Below are positions 50,047 through 60,503 of a stretch of 64,000 nt of DNA, piece by piece. The notes under the pieces are model-generated. The model was not told the origin of the DNA, made no database searches, and was given only the letters and a program-made list of their open reading frames with translations. The DNA lies in assembly GCF_054482525.1 (NCBI RefSeq), contig NZ_CM137006.1; one strand, 5' to 3'. The translations under genes were made by a program, and so were the position numbers. How positions within the stretch are numbered: the stretch's first letter is position 1; every line of letters begins with the position of its first letter.

Positions 50047-51213
50047 TTGAAACGCCGTCTTATTATTGCTGCTTCTTTGTTCGTTTTTAACTTATCGTCT
50101 GGTTTTGCGGCGGAAAACATTCCTTTTTCACCTCAGCCTCCAGAGATTCATGCCGGGTCCTGGGTATTGATGGATTACACCACCGGACAGATCCTCACCG
50201 CGGGTAATGAGCATCAACAGCGCAATCCCGCCAGCCTGACAAAGCTGATGACGGGCTATGTCGTGGATCGCGCTATCGATAGTCATCGCATTACGCCAGA
50301 CGATATTGTCACCGTGGGGCGCGATGCGTGGGCGAAAGATAATCCAGTGTTTGTCGGTTCTTCACTGATGTTTTTGAAAGAGGGCGATCGCGTATCGGTA
50401 CGTGATTTAAGCCGTGGTTTAATTGTGGATTCCGGAAATGACGCTTGTGTTGCTCTGGCTGACTATATTGCCGGTGGGCAACGGCAGTTTGTTGAAATGA
50501 TGAACAACTATGCCGAGAAGCTGCATCTCAAGGATACGCATTTTGAAACAGTGCATGGTCTGGATGCACCTGGCCAGCATAGCTCGGCTTATGATTTAGC
50601 CGTGCTTTCTCGCGCTATCATCCACGGCGAGCCCGAGTTTTATCATATGTACAGTGAGAAAAGCCTCACCTGGAACGGTATCACCCAGCAAAACCGTAAC
50701 GGGTTATTGTGGGATAAGACCATGAATGTTGACGGCCTGAAAACGGGTCATACTTCTGGTGCCGGGTTTAATCTTATTGCTTCGGCTGTAGACGGGCAGC
50801 GTCGCCTCATTGCAGTGGTAATGGGTGCTGACAGCGCAAAAGGTCGTGAGGAAGAGGCAAGAAAATTACTGCGTTGGGGGCAACAAAACTTTACTACGGT
50901 GCAAATTTTGCACCGTGGGAAAAAGGTCGGAACGGAACGCATCTGGTATGGCGATAAAGAAAATATCGACCTGGGAACGGAACAAGAGTTCTGGATGGTG
51001 CTACCGAAAGCCGAAATTCCACATATCAAAGCCAAATATACCCTTGATGGTAAAGAACTCACCGCGCCAATTAGCGCCCATCAGCGGGTAGGGGAAATTG
51101 AACTTTACGACCGTGATAAACAGGTGGCGCACTGGCCGCTGGTTACCCTGGAATCTGTCGGGGAAGGCAGCATGTTTTCCCGCCTGAGTGATTATTTCCA
51201 CCATAAGGCCTGA
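50047..51213 (+). CDS. dacD: D-alanyl-D-alanine carboxypeptidase DacD (PBP6b)
   Basis: ORF 50041..51213 with TTG starts; SxxK (ASLTK), SGN and KTG motifs; signal peptide. Confidence 0.9.
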   Translation: MKRRLIIAASLFVFNLSSGFAAENIPFSPQPPEIHAGSWVLMDYTTGQILTAGNEHQQRNPASLTKLMTGYVVDRAIDSHRITPDDIVTVGRDAWAKDNPVFVGSSLMFLKEGDRVSVRDLSRGLIVDSGNDACVALADYIAGGQRQFVEMMNNYAEKLHLKDTHFETVHGLDAPGQHSSAYDLAVLSRAIIHGEPEFYHMYSEKSLTWNGITQQNRNGLLWDKTMNVDGLKTGHTSGAGFNLIASAVDGQRRLIAVVMGADSAKGREEEARKLLRWGQQNFTTVQILHRGKKVGTERIWYGDKENIDLGTEQEFWMVLPKAEIPHIKAKYTLDGKELTAPISAHQRVGEIELYDRDKQVAHWPLVTLESVGEGSMFSRLSDYFHHKA

Positions 51214-51299
51214 CCTTTCTTTTGCAGCAGACTGGCAGGAGTGCGAGTCTGCTCGCATAATCAACACTCATTCCTTGTGGTTTTAATATTGCAACTATA

Positions 51300-51315
51300 C
51301 TGTATATAAAAACAG
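51300..51315 (+). promoter_or_regulatory. LexA (SOS) box CTGTATATAAAAACAG upstream of sbmC
   Basis: Perfect CTGT-N8-ACAG palindrome 17 bp upstream of the sbmC ATG. Confidence 0.85.
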
Positions 51316-51331
51316 TATTAATGGAGGCGTC

Positions 51332-51802
51332 ATGAACTACGAGATTAAGCAGGAAGATAAACGTACCGTTGCAGGTTTCCATCTCGTTGGCCCGTGGGAA
51401 CAGACGGTAAAGAAAGGCTTTGAGCAGTTGATGATGTGGGTAGATAGCAAAAATATTGTGCCGAAGGAGTGGGTTGCTGTCTATTACGACAATCCAGATG
51501 AAACACCCGCCGAAAAATTACGCTGCGACACCGTCGTGACGGTACCGAATAACTTTACACTCCCCGAAAGTGAGGGCGTCATTCTGACAGAAATTTCAGG
51601 TGGTCAGTATGCGGTGGCGGTGGCTCGTGTAGTCGGTGATGATTTTGCTAAACCCTGGTATCAGTTCTTTAATAGCCTCTTGCAGGACAGTGCTTATGAA
51701 ATGTTGCCAAAGCCCTGCTTCGAGGTTTACTTGAACAATGGCGCAGAAGAGGGGTACTGGGATATCGAAATGTATGTTGCGGTGCAGCCAAAACATCACT
51801 AA
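51332..51802 (+). CDS. sbmC: DNA gyrase inhibitor SbmC (GyrI)
   Basis: 156 aa; GyrI-like small-molecule-binding domain; preceded by LexA box. Confidence 0.93.
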   Translation: MNYEIKQEDKRTVAGFHLVGPWEQTVKKGFEQLMMWVDSKNIVPKEWVAVYYDNPDETPAEKLRCDTVVTVPNNFTLPESEGVILTEISGGQYAVAVARVVGDDFAKPWYQFFNSLLQDSAYEMLPKPCFEVYLNNGAEEGYWDIEMYVAVQPKHH

Positions 51803-52001
51803 TTCATCTCAGGGCGGTGTGTTAACGCGATGACCACTCTTTTTTTTGAAAGCGAAAAGAGTAAGATGCGCCTTTCAATTTTTTCGCTCCTGCCGGGAAA
51901 TTACACTGTTCCCGGTTTGTCCGTCGGATAATTCAGAGGCGCGCCTTCTGGCCGACAGATGTGTTATGAGCGCTTTTAATCTTCATTAACGGAGTTTCTG
52001 C

Positions 52002-53060
52002 GTGCGTGCCGATAAGTCATTAAGCCCGTTTGAAATCCGGGTATACCGCCATTACCGCATTGTGCATGGTACTCGGGTCGCGCTGGCATTCCTGCTCACT
52101 TTTCTCATTATCCGCCTGTTTACTATCCCGGAAAGCACCTGGCCGCTGGTCACCATGGTGGTGATTATGGGGCCAATCTCGTTCTGGGGGAACGTTGTCC
52201 CTCGTGCCTTCGAACGTATTGGCGGTACGGTGTTGGGGTCGATTTTAGGTCTTATCGCTCTGCAACTGGAGTTAATCTCGTTACCGCTGATGTTAGTCTG
52301 GTGCGCGGCGGCCATGTTCCTTTGCGGTTGGCTGGCGCTGGGCAAGAAACCGTATCAAGGTTTATTGATTGGGGTGACGCTGGCAATTGTTGTGGGTTCC
52401 CCGACAGGTGAAATTGATACGGCGTTATGGCGAAGCGGCGATGTGATCCTCGGCTCTTTACTGGCAATGTTGTTTACCGGTATCTGGCCACAACGGGCGT
52501 TCATCCACTGGCGCATTCAACTGGCAAAAAGTCTGACCGAGTATAATCGGGTCTATCAATCTGCATTCTCACCGAACTTGCTCGAACGCCCGCGTCTGGA
52601 AAGCCATCTACAAAAACTCCTGACCGATGCCGTGAAAATGCGTGGGCTGATTGCGCCCGCCAGCAAAGAAACTCGTATTCCAAAATCGATATATGAAGGT
52701 ATCCAGACCATTAACCGCAATCTGGTTTGTATGCTGGAGTTGCAAATCAATGCATACTGGGCCACGCGCCCCAGCCATTTCGTGTTATTGAACGCGCAAA
52801 AACTTCGTGATACCCAGCACATGATGCAGCAAATACTGCTGAGCCTTGTTCATGCGCTGTACGAAGGTAATCCGCAGCCGGTTTTTGCCAATACGGAAAA
52901 ATTGAACGATGCTGTGGAAGAGCTGCGTCAGTTGCTGAATAACCACCATGACCTGAAGGTTGTGGAAACACCAATCTATGGTTATGTGTGGCTGAACATG
53001 GAAACGGCACATCAGCTTGAGTTGCTATCGAGTCTGATTTGCCGGGCCTTGCGCAAATAA
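52002..53060 (+). CDS. yeeA: Inner membrane protein YeeA (FUSC-like)
   Basis: 352 aa; several TM segments; apparent GTG start; synteny. Confidence 0.85.
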   Translation: MRADKSLSPFEIRVYRHYRIVHGTRVALAFLLTFLIIRLFTIPESTWPLVTMVVIMGPISFWGNVVPRAFERIGGTVLGSILGLIALQLELISLPLMLVWCAAAMFLCGWLALGKKPYQGLLIGVTLAIVVGSPTGEIDTALWRSGDVILGSLLAMLFTGIWPQRAFIHWRIQLAKSLTEYNRVYQSAFSPNLLERPRLESHLQKLLTDAVKMRGLIAPASKETRIPKSIYEGIQTINRNLVCMLELQINAYWATRPSHFVLLNAQKLRDTQHMMQQILLSLVHALYEGNPQPVFANTEKLNDAVEELRQLLNNHHDLKVVETPIYGYVWLNMETAHQLELLSSLICRALRK

Positions 53061-53231
53061 TTCCTGAACTTCAGAATCATCTTGCTGCTGCTTCGATTCA
53101 GCAAGGATAAAGGGTATGATAGTGATAAGGGATAAAAGCATTGTCATCTGCGGCAGCTATGAGTAATGTTGGCCCTAACGAATAGCGGTTGCTTAAACGA
53201 ATCCGACTCTCACATTATCAGGGGTATAAAA

Positions 53232-53561
53232 ATGGAAACTACCAAGCCTTCATTCCAGGACGTACTGGAATTTGTTCGTCTGTTCCGTCGTAAGAACAAA
53301 CTGCAACGTGAAATTCAGGACGTTGAGAAAAAGATCCGTGACAACCAGAAGCGCGTCCTGCTGCTGGACAACCTGAGCGATTACATCAAGCCGGGGATGA
53401 GCGTTGAAGCAATCCAGGGCATCATCGCCAGCATGAAAGGTGACTATGAAGATCGTGTTGACGATTACATCATCAAAAATGCCGAGCTCTCCAAAGAACG
53501 CCGCGATATCTCCAAAAAGCTGAAAGCTATGGGCGAAATGAAAAACGGCGAAGCGAAGTAA
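53232..53561 (+). CDS. yeeX: DUF496 protein YeeX
   Basis: ORF 53166..53561; start at [11 protein letters not shown], 109 aa. Confidence 0.85.
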   Translation: METTKPSFQDVLEFVRLFRRKNKLQREIQDVEKKIRDNQKRVLLLDNLSDYIKPGMSVEAIQGIIASMKGDYEDRVDDYIIKNAELSKERRDISKKLKAMGEMKNGEAK

Positions 53562-53661
53562 TTCCTGTTTTATTCAATGAGGGTTGCCCGGCAACCCTCA
53601 TTGCTCATTGATTCTTTTCTGTGTATCACCGTCATCATTCCCATCTGATAACCTATTGAAA

Positions 53662-53934
53662 TTAGCGACAGCCTTCTTCTGTATGCAGCAAGGCAAAAAG
53701 TTCTGCAACTCCATTGTTATTAACCGCACTGGTTACTAACACATTGTGCGCTCCAGCTTCCCGTAACCAACTTTTCACCAAAGATATTTGTTCCATGCTG
53801 GCTAAATCTGCTTTGGTGACTACTCCAATAACAGGGCGATTCATTGACGAGGTAAAGCCTGGCGAAAAAGGGGACCACGGTGTGTCCGCATTAAGCACCA
53901 GGGCGATAATGTCTGCTTCGCAGGCGCTGACCAA
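53662..53934 (-). pseudogene. Fragment of an EutP/PduV-family GTPase (C-terminal part only)
   Basis: 90 aa ORF with G4-like TKADL and [13 protein letters not shown] segments but no P-loop; flanked by short ORFs without recognisable domains. Confidence 0.45.
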
Positions 53935-54429
53935 CAGAGCACTGTAGAGGCTGCGGTTTTATCTGTGAGGACTGGCAGCAAGATTTCCAGCCTCTTGACG
54001 GTGGGCCTGTGCAATCGTTATCAGATGCGTATAGCGATTATTCAGTGCTGCTATTGATAGCAGCTGAAAGCGAGATATCCGTACCAGAATGGCTCCCTCA
54101 TTCTGAGGGAACGACGGTAATTGTGATTGCAGAACACAATGCCCGTTTGCTGACTGGTCCGGCTGGTGGGGCTGTGGCATTGATCCATTATCTGAATGAA
54201 ATCTGTCATTCCAGAGAAACCGCTGTCAATGACGCATTTTGTCGGACGTTAACACGAGGAAGTCTGGCTATTCCGCAATGCCATCTTCTTTCGTAATGGA
54301 TTGAGAATGCTGGATTTTTAATTATATTACGCGCAGTATTAATCGCGTAAATGTTTTGCGGTCAGCAACGGTGGGGGATCCATTGTTCTGTTCAATGAAT
54401 ACCATCATACAATTGAATCAGGAGTCGGT

Positions 54430-54975
54430 ATGATGATTTTGGTGACGGGGGGCGCACGGAGCGGGAAAAGTCGCCACGCAGAGGCGCTTATTGGGGACTC
54501 TTCACAGGTTCTGTATATCGCCACCTCGCAAATCCTTGATGATGAGATGGCTGCACGGATAGAACATCATCGGCAAGGCCGCCCGGCGCACTGGCGCACG
54601 GTGGAGCGCTGGCAACATCTTGATGAATTAATTCATGCAGACATTAACCCGAATGAGGCTGTGTTGCTGGAATGCGTTACCACAATGGTGACTAATCTGT
54701 TGTTTGATTATGGCGGCGATAAAGACCCTGATGAATGGGATTATCAGGCGATGGAACAGGCGATTAATGCTGAGATTCAGTCGTTGATTGCTGCCTGCCA
54801 ACGTTGCCCCGCAAAGGTTGTATTAGTGACTAACGAAGTGGGAATGGGGATTGTGCCGGAGAGTCGTCTGGCACGACATTTTCGTGATATTGCCGGGCGG
54901 GTAAATCAGCAGTTGGCCGCTGCGGCAAATGAAGTATGGCTGGTGGTTTCGGGTATTGGAGTAAAAATCAAATGA
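54430..54975 (+). CDS. cobU: Adenosylcobinamide kinase / adenosylcobinamide-phosphate guanylyltransferase
   Basis: 181 aa; P-loop [12 protein letters not shown]. Confidence 0.94.
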   Translation: MMILVTGGARSGKSRHAEALIGDSSQVLYIATSQILDDEMAARIEHHRQGRPAHWRTVERWQHLDELIHADINPNEAVLLECVTTMVTNLLFDYGGDKDPDEWDYQAMEQAINAEIQSLIAACQRCPAKVVLVTNEVGMGIVPESRLARHFRDIAGRVNQQLAAAANEVWLVVSGIGVKIK

Positions 54976-55715
54976 GTAAATTATTTTGGGCGATGCTCTC
55001 ATTTATTACGCGTCTGCCTGTACCGCGTCGCTGGTCCCAGGGACTGGATTTCGAGCATTATTCTCGCGGTATTATTACTTTTCCTTTGATTGGATTATTG
55101 CTTGGCGCGATTAGCGGGCTGGTCTTCATGGTGCTGCAGGCATGGTGTGGCGTACCACTGGCGGCACTGTTTAGCGTACTTGTGCTGGCGCTGATGACCG
55201 GGGGATTCCATCTGGACGGCCTCGCTGATACCTGTGATGGCGTATTTTCTGCACGTAGCCGCGATCGCATGTTGGAAATCATGCGTGATAGCCGTTTAGG
55301 CACCCACGGCGGTCTGGCATTGATTTTTGTGGTACTGGCAAAGATTCTGGTGTTAAGCGAGTTGGCTCTGCGTGGCGAACCGATCCTTGCATCGCTGGCG
55401 GCAGCATGTGCGGTCAGCCGCGGGACTGCCGCATTATTGATGTATCGTCATCGTTATGCGCGGGAAGAAGGGCTTGGCAATGTGTTCATTGGCAAAATTG
55501 ATGGGCGACAAACCTGCGTCACACTCGGCTTAGCCGCTATTTTTGCTGCCGTATTATTGCCGGGTATGCATGGTGTGGCTGCTATGGTGGTGACGATGGT
55601 GGTGATTTTCATCCTCGGTCAGCTTCTCAAACGTACGCTGGGCGGGCAAACGGGCGATACGCTGGGTGCAGCCATAGAGCTTGGTGAACTGGTCTTCCTG
55701 CTGGCACTGCTATAA
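54972..55715 (+). CDS. cobS: Cobalamin (5'-phosphate) synthase
   Basis: ORF 54936..55715; start at MSKLFWAML overlapping the cobU stop (ATGA), 247 aa, membrane protein. Confidence 0.93.
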   Translation: MSKLFWAMLSFITRLPVPRRWSQGLDFEHYSRGIITFPLIGLLLGAISGLVFMVLQAWCGVPLAALFSVLVLALMTGGFHLDGLADTCDGVFSARSRDRMLEIMRDSRLGTHGGLALIFVVLAKILVLSELALRGEPILASLAAACAVSRGTAALLMYRHRYAREEGLGNVFIGKIDGRQTCVTLGLAAIFAAVLLPGMHGVAAMVVTMVVIFILGQLLKRTLGGQTGDTLGAAIELGELVFLLALL

Positions 55716-55726
55716 AGAGACGTGAC

Positions 55727-56806
55727 ATGCAAATACTTGCCGATTTACTGAATACGATCCCAGCCATCGATCCTGCCGCTATGTCGCGTGCACAACGGCA
55801 TATTGACGGGTTACTCAAACCTGTTGGTAGCCTGGGAAAGCTGGAGGCGCTTGCCATACAACTGGCAGGAATGCCGGGGTTGAATGGCATACCGCATGTG
55901 GGCAAAAAAGCGATACTGGTTATGTGTGCCGATCACGGCGTCTGGGAGGAAGGGGTCGCTATTTCTCCAAAAGAAGTGACAGCCATACAGGCTGAAAATA
56001 TGACCCGCGGAACAACCGGCGTGTGTGTGCTGGCAGCACAAGCGGGCGCTAACGTCCACGTAATTGATGTTGGTATTGATACTGCTGAGCCTATCCCCGG
56101 GCTTATCAACATGCGTGTCGCACGAGGTAGCAGCAATATTGCTTCAGCTCCGGCAATGAGTCGCCGTCAGGCTGAAAAGTTGCTTTTGGACGTCATATGT
56201 TATACGCGGGAGCTGGCAAAAAACGGTGTCACGCTGTTTGGTGTAGGTGAACTGGGGATGGCAAACACGACACCGGCAGCGGCAATAGTCAGCACAATCA
56301 CTGGCCGGGATCCTGAAGAAGTGGTTGGGATTGGCGCAAACCTGCCGACAGATAAACTGGCTAATAAAATTGATGTTGTGCGTCGGGCGATTACGTTGAA
56401 TCAACCAAATCCTCGGGATGGTGTTGATGTCCTGGCAAAAGTGGGTGGATTTGATTTGGTCGGAATAGCTGGAGTGATGTTAGGTGCTGCTTCCTGCGGT
56501 TTACCCGTGTTGCTGGATGGATTTCTTTCTTATGCTGCTGCGCTCGCAGCCTGCCAGATGTCTCCTGCAATCAAACCGTATCTCATTCCTTCTCACTTGT
56601 CGGCAGAAAAAGGCGCGCGTATAGCGCTGTCGCATTTGGGGCTGGAGCCTTATCTCAATATGGATATGCGTTTAGGTGAGGGGAGTGGTGCAGCTCTGGC
56701 GATGCCCATCATCGAAGCTGCTTGTGCGATATACAACAATATGGGCGAACTTGCTGCCAGTAATATTGTTCTACCGGGGAATACGACTTCTGATTTGAAC
56801 AGCTAA
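55727..56806 (+). CDS. cobT: Nicotinate-nucleotide--dimethylbenzimidazole phosphoribosyltransferase
   Basis: 359 aa; synteny cobU-cobS-cobT. Confidence 0.94.
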   Translation: MQILADLLNTIPAIDPAAMSRAQRHIDGLLKPVGSLGKLEALAIQLAGMPGLNGIPHVGKKAILVMCADHGVWEEGVAISPKEVTAIQAENMTRGTTGVCVLAAQAGANVHVIDVGIDTAEPIPGLINMRVARGSSNIASAPAMSRRQAEKLLLDVICYTRELAKNGVTLFGVGELGMANTTPAAAIVSTITGRDPEEVVGIGANLPTDKLANKIDVVRRAITLNQPNPRDGVDVLAKVGGFDLVGIAGVMLGAASCGLPVLLDGFLSYAAALAACQMSPAIKPYLIPSHLSAEKGARIALSHLGLEPYLNMDMRLGEGSGAALAMPIIEAACAIYNNMGELAASNIVLPGNTTSDLNS

Positions 56807-56870
56807 AAACGAAAAGTCTGATAAAAGCTATACTTATCGGATAGTATTCGCGACTTAGGAAAGGGACATG

Positions 56871-57803
56871 ATGCGTCGTGTAAATATTCTTTGCTCATTT
56901 GCTCTACTTTTTGCCAGCCATAATAGCCTGGCGGTAACTTATCCATTACCTCCAGAGGGTAGCCGTTTAGTGGGACAGTCGCTTACTGTAACTGTTCCTG
57001 ATCACAATACCCAGCCGCTGGAGACTTTTGCCGCACAATACGGGCAAGGGTTAAGTAACATGCTGGAAGCGAATCCGGGCGCTGATGTTTTCTTGCCGAA
57101 GTCAGGCTCGCAACTCACCATTCCGCAGCAACTGATTTTGCCCGCCACTGTTCGTAAAGGGATTGTGGTTAACGTCGCTGAGATGCGTCTTTATTACTAC
57201 CCACCAGACAGTAATACTGTGGAAGTCTTTCCTATTGGTATCGGCCAGGCTGGGCGAGAAACCCCGCGTAACTGGGTGACTACCGTTGAACGTAAACAAG
57301 AAGCACCAACCTGGACGCCAACGCCGAACACCCGGCGCGAATATGAGAAACGAGGGGAGAGTTTGCCCGCATTTGTTCCTGCGGGGCCTGATAATCCCAT
57401 GGGGCTGTATGCGATTTATATTGGCAGGCTATATGCCATCCACGGTACCAATGCCAATTTTGGTATTGGGCTCCGGGTAAGTCAGGGCTGTATTCGTCTG
57501 CGCAATGACGATATCAAATATCTGTTTGATAATGTTCCTGTAGGTACTCGTGTACAAATTATTGATCAGCCAGTGAAATACACAACGGAACCGGATGGAT
57601 CAAAGTGGCTGGAAGTTCATGAGCCGCTGTCGCGCAATCGTGCTGAATATGAGTCTGACCGAAAAGTGCCATTGCCGGTAACCCCATCTTTGCGGGCGTT
57701 TATCAACGGGCAAGAAGTTGATGTGAATCGCGCAAATGCTGCGTTGCAACGTCGATCGGGAATGCCTGTGCAAATTAGTTCTGGTTCAAGACAGATGTTT
57801 TAA
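56871..57803 (+). CDS. ldtA: L,D-transpeptidase LdtA (ErfK)
   Basis: ORF 56868..57803; signal peptide; YkuD domain with catalytic HGT...SQGCIRL. Confidence 0.92.
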   Translation: MRRVNILCSFALLFASHNSLAVTYPLPPEGSRLVGQSLTVTVPDHNTQPLETFAAQYGQGLSNMLEANPGADVFLPKSGSQLTIPQQLILPATVRKGIVVNVAEMRLYYYPPDSNTVEVFPIGIGQAGRETPRNWVTTVERKQEAPTWTPTPNTRREYEKRGESLPAFVPAGPDNPMGLYAIYIGRLYAIHGTNANFGIGLRVSQGCIRLRNDDIKYLFDNVPVGTRVQIIDQPVKYTTEPDGSKWLEVHEPLSRNRAEYESDRKVPLPVTPSLRAFINGQEVDVNRANAALQRRSGMPVQISSGSRQMF

Positions 57804-57825
57804 GAGCGTTGGTAATTAGAAAGCA

Positions 57826-57853
57826 AAAAGCCTGCTTGAAAGCAGGCTTTTTT
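57826..57853. terminator. Bidirectional terminator between ldtA and asnV
   Basis: Hairpin aagcctgctt-gaa-agcaggctt with T6 downstream and A5 upstream. Confidence 0.7.
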
Positions 57854-57858
57854 GAATT

Positions 57859-57934
57859 TGGCTCCTCTGACTGGACTCGAACCAGTGACATACGGATTAA
57901 CAGTCCGCCGTTCTACCGACTGAACTACAGAGGA
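57859..57934 (-). tRNA. asnV: tRNA-Asn (GUU)
   Basis: 76-nt sequence whose reverse complement is TCCTCTGTAGTTCAGTCGGTAGAACGGCGGACTGTTAATCCGTATGTCACTGGTTCGAGTCCAGTCAGAGGAGCCA; cloverleaf with GTT anticodon and CCA end. Confidence 0.95.
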
Positions 57935-58055
57935 ATCGTGTGAACGGGGCGCATATTAATGGCAGTGCATGGTGATGTCAAAGGGTGAAATGCATTTTTT
58001 TGTTTGTTTGCTGTCAATTTCAACAAAGTGGTGAGCTTTCAATCTTATTGGGTAA

Positions 58056-58072
58056 TGAACCATCGTGGTGCA
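58056..58072 (+). promoter_or_regulatory. Putative NtrC enhancer site upstream of nac
   Basis: tgaaccatcgtggtgca resembles the TGCACC-N5-GGTGCA NtrC consensus, ~120 bp upstream of the sigma-54 promoter. Confidence 0.45.
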
Positions 58073-58189
58073 TACCCTCCTTTTATAGGGCAGGGGAACG
58101 CGACAGCTGATAAAAAGAGCCAATGACGAATCTATCATAATCTCTTATTTGACAGTTGGTTAGCTTGTACATCAACGCCAAAATAAAAC

Positions 58190-58205
58190 TGGCAAGCATC
58201 TTGCA
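58190..58205 (+). promoter_or_regulatory. Sigma-54 (-24/-12) promoter of nac
   Basis: TGGCAAGCATCTTGCA matches the TGGCAC-N5-TTGCA consensus; ~55 bp upstream of the nac ATG. Confidence 0.85.
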
Positions 58206-58260
58206 ATCTGGTTGTAAGTAATGGCGGCACTTGGGCCGATTCTTATAAACCGGAGGCAAC

Positions 58261-59178
58261 ATGAACTTCAGACGCCTGAAATACTTCGTAAAAATTGTAG
58301 ATATTGGTAGCCTGACCCAGGCTGCTGAAGTATTGCATATCGCACAACCAGCGCTCAGTCAGCAGGTTGCCACACTGGAAGGTGAGTTAAATCAACAACT
58401 TTTGATTCGCACAAAACGGGGCGTTACGCCAACTGACGCCGGAAAAATTCTCTATACCCATGCGCGGGCCATTTTACGTCAGTGTGAGCAGGCCCAACTG
58501 GCGGTGCATAACGTTGGTCAGGCATTATCGGGGCAAGTCTCGATTGGCTTTGCACCAGGAACCGCTGCGTCATCCATCACCATGCCCTTATTACAGGCGG
58601 TTCGCGCTGAATTTCCGGAGGTCGTTATCTATCTTCATGAAAATAGCGGTGCAGTGCTTAACGAAAAACTGATAAATCACCAACTCGATATGGCGGTGAT
58701 TTATGAGCATTCCCCTGTGGCTGGTGTATCCAGTCAGGCTTTACTGAAAGAAGATCTTTTTCTGGTAGGAACTCAAGATTGCCCGGGGCAAAGCGTTGAT
58801 GTTAATGCTATCGCGCAAATGAACCTCTTTCTCCCCAGTGATTACAGTGCTGTTAGACTTCGTGTTGATGAGGCTTTTTCCCTACGGCGACTCACGGCAA
58901 AAGTCATTGGTGAAATTGAGTCTATTGCCACGCTTACCGCAGCGATTGCCAGCGGCATGGGCGTTGCAGTATTACCCGAATCGGCCGCGCGTTCGTTATG
59001 TGGCGCAGTAAACGGATGGATGTCACGCATTACCACACCTTCCATGAGTCTCTCTTTGTCATTAAATTTACCCGCCAGAGCGAACTTATCACCACAGGCG
59101 CAAGCAGTGAAAGAGTTGTTAATGTCAGTGATGAGTTCTCCAGTGATGGAAAAAAGGCAGTGGCAATTGGTGAGCTAA
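58261..59178 (+). CDS. nac: Nitrogen assimilation control protein Nac (LysR family)
   Basis: 305 aa; LysR wHTH; sigma-54 promoter upstream; synteny with cbl. Confidence 0.92.
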   Translation: MNFRRLKYFVKIVDIGSLTQAAEVLHIAQPALSQQVATLEGELNQQLLIRTKRGVTPTDAGKILYTHARAILRQCEQAQLAVHNVGQALSGQVSIGFAPGTAASSITMPLLQAVRAEFPEVVIYLHENSGAVLNEKLINHQLDMAVIYEHSPVAGVSSQALLKEDLFLVGTQDCPGQSVDVNAIAQMNLFLPSDYSAVRLRVDEAFSLRRLTAKVIGEIESIATLTAAIASGMGVAVLPESAARSLCGAVNGWMSRITTPSMSLSLSLNLPARANLSPQAQAVKELLMSVMSSPVMEKRQWQLVS

Positions 59179-59279
59179 GCATTATATCGGGATGGAATAA
59201 GATGCGGGTTTTTATTATTTGTTATGCCGGGCATTAGACTTTAACAATAACGGGAAATCTGAACTGCCCGGAGTTTACC

Positions 59280-60230
59280 GTGAATTTCCAACAACTAAAG
59301 ATAATCCGCGAGGCTGCACGTCAGGATTACAACCTGACAGAGGTTGCGAATATGCTTTTTACCTCACAGTCCGGCGTCAGCCGTCATATTCGGGAACTGG
59401 AGGATGAACTTGGCATCGAAATATTTGTTCGACGAGGTAAGCGACTGCTGGGCATGACTGAACCGGGCAAAGCATTACTGGTCATTGCAGAACGTATTCT
59501 GAATGAAGCCAGTAATGTTCGTCGGCTTGCAGACCTGTTTACCAACGATACGTCTGGCGTTCTCACTATTGCAACGACGCATACTCAGGCACGTTATAGC
59601 TTGCCTGAGGTCATTAAAGCTTTTCGCGAACTTTTCCCGGAGGTTCGGCTGGAGCTAATCCAGGGTACACCACAGGAAATTGCGACGTTGTTGCAAAATG
59701 GCGAAGCTGATATTGGTATCGCCAGCGAGCGTTTAAGTAATGACCCGCAGCTCGTCGCCTTCCCGTGGTTTCGTTGGCACCATAGTTTGCTTGTTCCACT
59801 CGATCATCCCTTGACGCAAATTACACCGTTGACGCTGGAATCAATAGCGAAGTGGCCGTTAATTACTTACCGACAGGGAATTACGGGGCGCTCACGTATT
59901 GATGACGCATTTGTCCGCAAAGGTTTGCTGGCAGATATTGTATTAAGTGCGCAGGATTCTGATGTCATTAAAACCTATGTTGCTCTTGGGCTGGGGATTG
60001 GATTAGTTGCCGAACAATCCAGCGGCGAACAAGAGGAAGAGAATTTAATCCGTCTGGATACGCGGCATCTTTTCGATGCCAATACTGTATGGTTGGGACT
60101 GAAGCGAGGGCAACTTCAACGTAACTATGTCTGGCGCTTTCTGGAACTTTGTAATGCAGGACTGTCAGTTGAGGATATCAAGCGCCAGGTGATGGAGAAC
60201 AGTGAAGAGGAAATTGATTATCAGATATAG
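59280..60230 (+). CDS. cbl: CysB-like transcriptional activator Cbl (LysR family)
   Basis: 316 aa; LysR family; immediately downstream of nac. Confidence 0.92.
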   Translation: MNFQQLKIIREAARQDYNLTEVANMLFTSQSGVSRHIRELEDELGIEIFVRRGKRLLGMTEPGKALLVIAERILNEASNVRRLADLFTNDTSGVLTIATTHTQARYSLPEVIKAFRELFPEVRLELIQGTPQEIATLLQNGEADIGIASERLSNDPQLVAFPWFRWHHSLLVPLDHPLTQITPLTLESIAKWPLITYRQGITGRSRIDDAFVRKGLLADIVLSAQDSDVIKTYVALGLGIGLVAEQSSGEQEEENLIRLDTRHLFDANTVWLGLKRGQLQRNYVWRFLELCNAGLSVEDIKRQVMENSEEEIDYQI

Positions 60231-60267
60231 CAAAAAGCCCGCTATAAAAGCGGGCTTTTCAGAAATT

Positions 60268-60343
60268 TGGCTCCTCTGACTGGACTCGAACCAGTGACAT
60301 ACGGATTAACAGTCCGCCGTTCTACCGACTGAACTACAGAGGA
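60268..60343 (-). tRNA. asnU: tRNA-Asn (GUU)
   Basis: Identical 76-nt sequence to 57859..57934. Confidence 0.95.
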
Positions 60344-60503
60344 ATCGCTGTTGAGGCACATCTTAACGGCGAAAAATCTTTTGTCAAACCCGATTTTTAA
60401 ATTTCCCAACTGTTTGCCGTTTCTATCAACAGTTTGTTGCATTTGCAGACAATTTGTTGGCGAAAATCTTTGCAGCTTTGCTGATTCTCCCTCATTATTT
60501 GAA

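Noticed and set aside
54009-54296. 95-aa plus-strand ORF upstream of cobU
   Set aside because: No recognisable domain; could be a cbiP-type remnant or spurious. Not called as a gene and treated only as part of the relic-region finding.
60351-60503. N-terminal extension of the yeeO ORF beginning 8 bp after asnU
   Set aside because: The extension would start inside the tRNA terminator/promoter region; the internal Met at 60504 gives the expected MATE transporter length.
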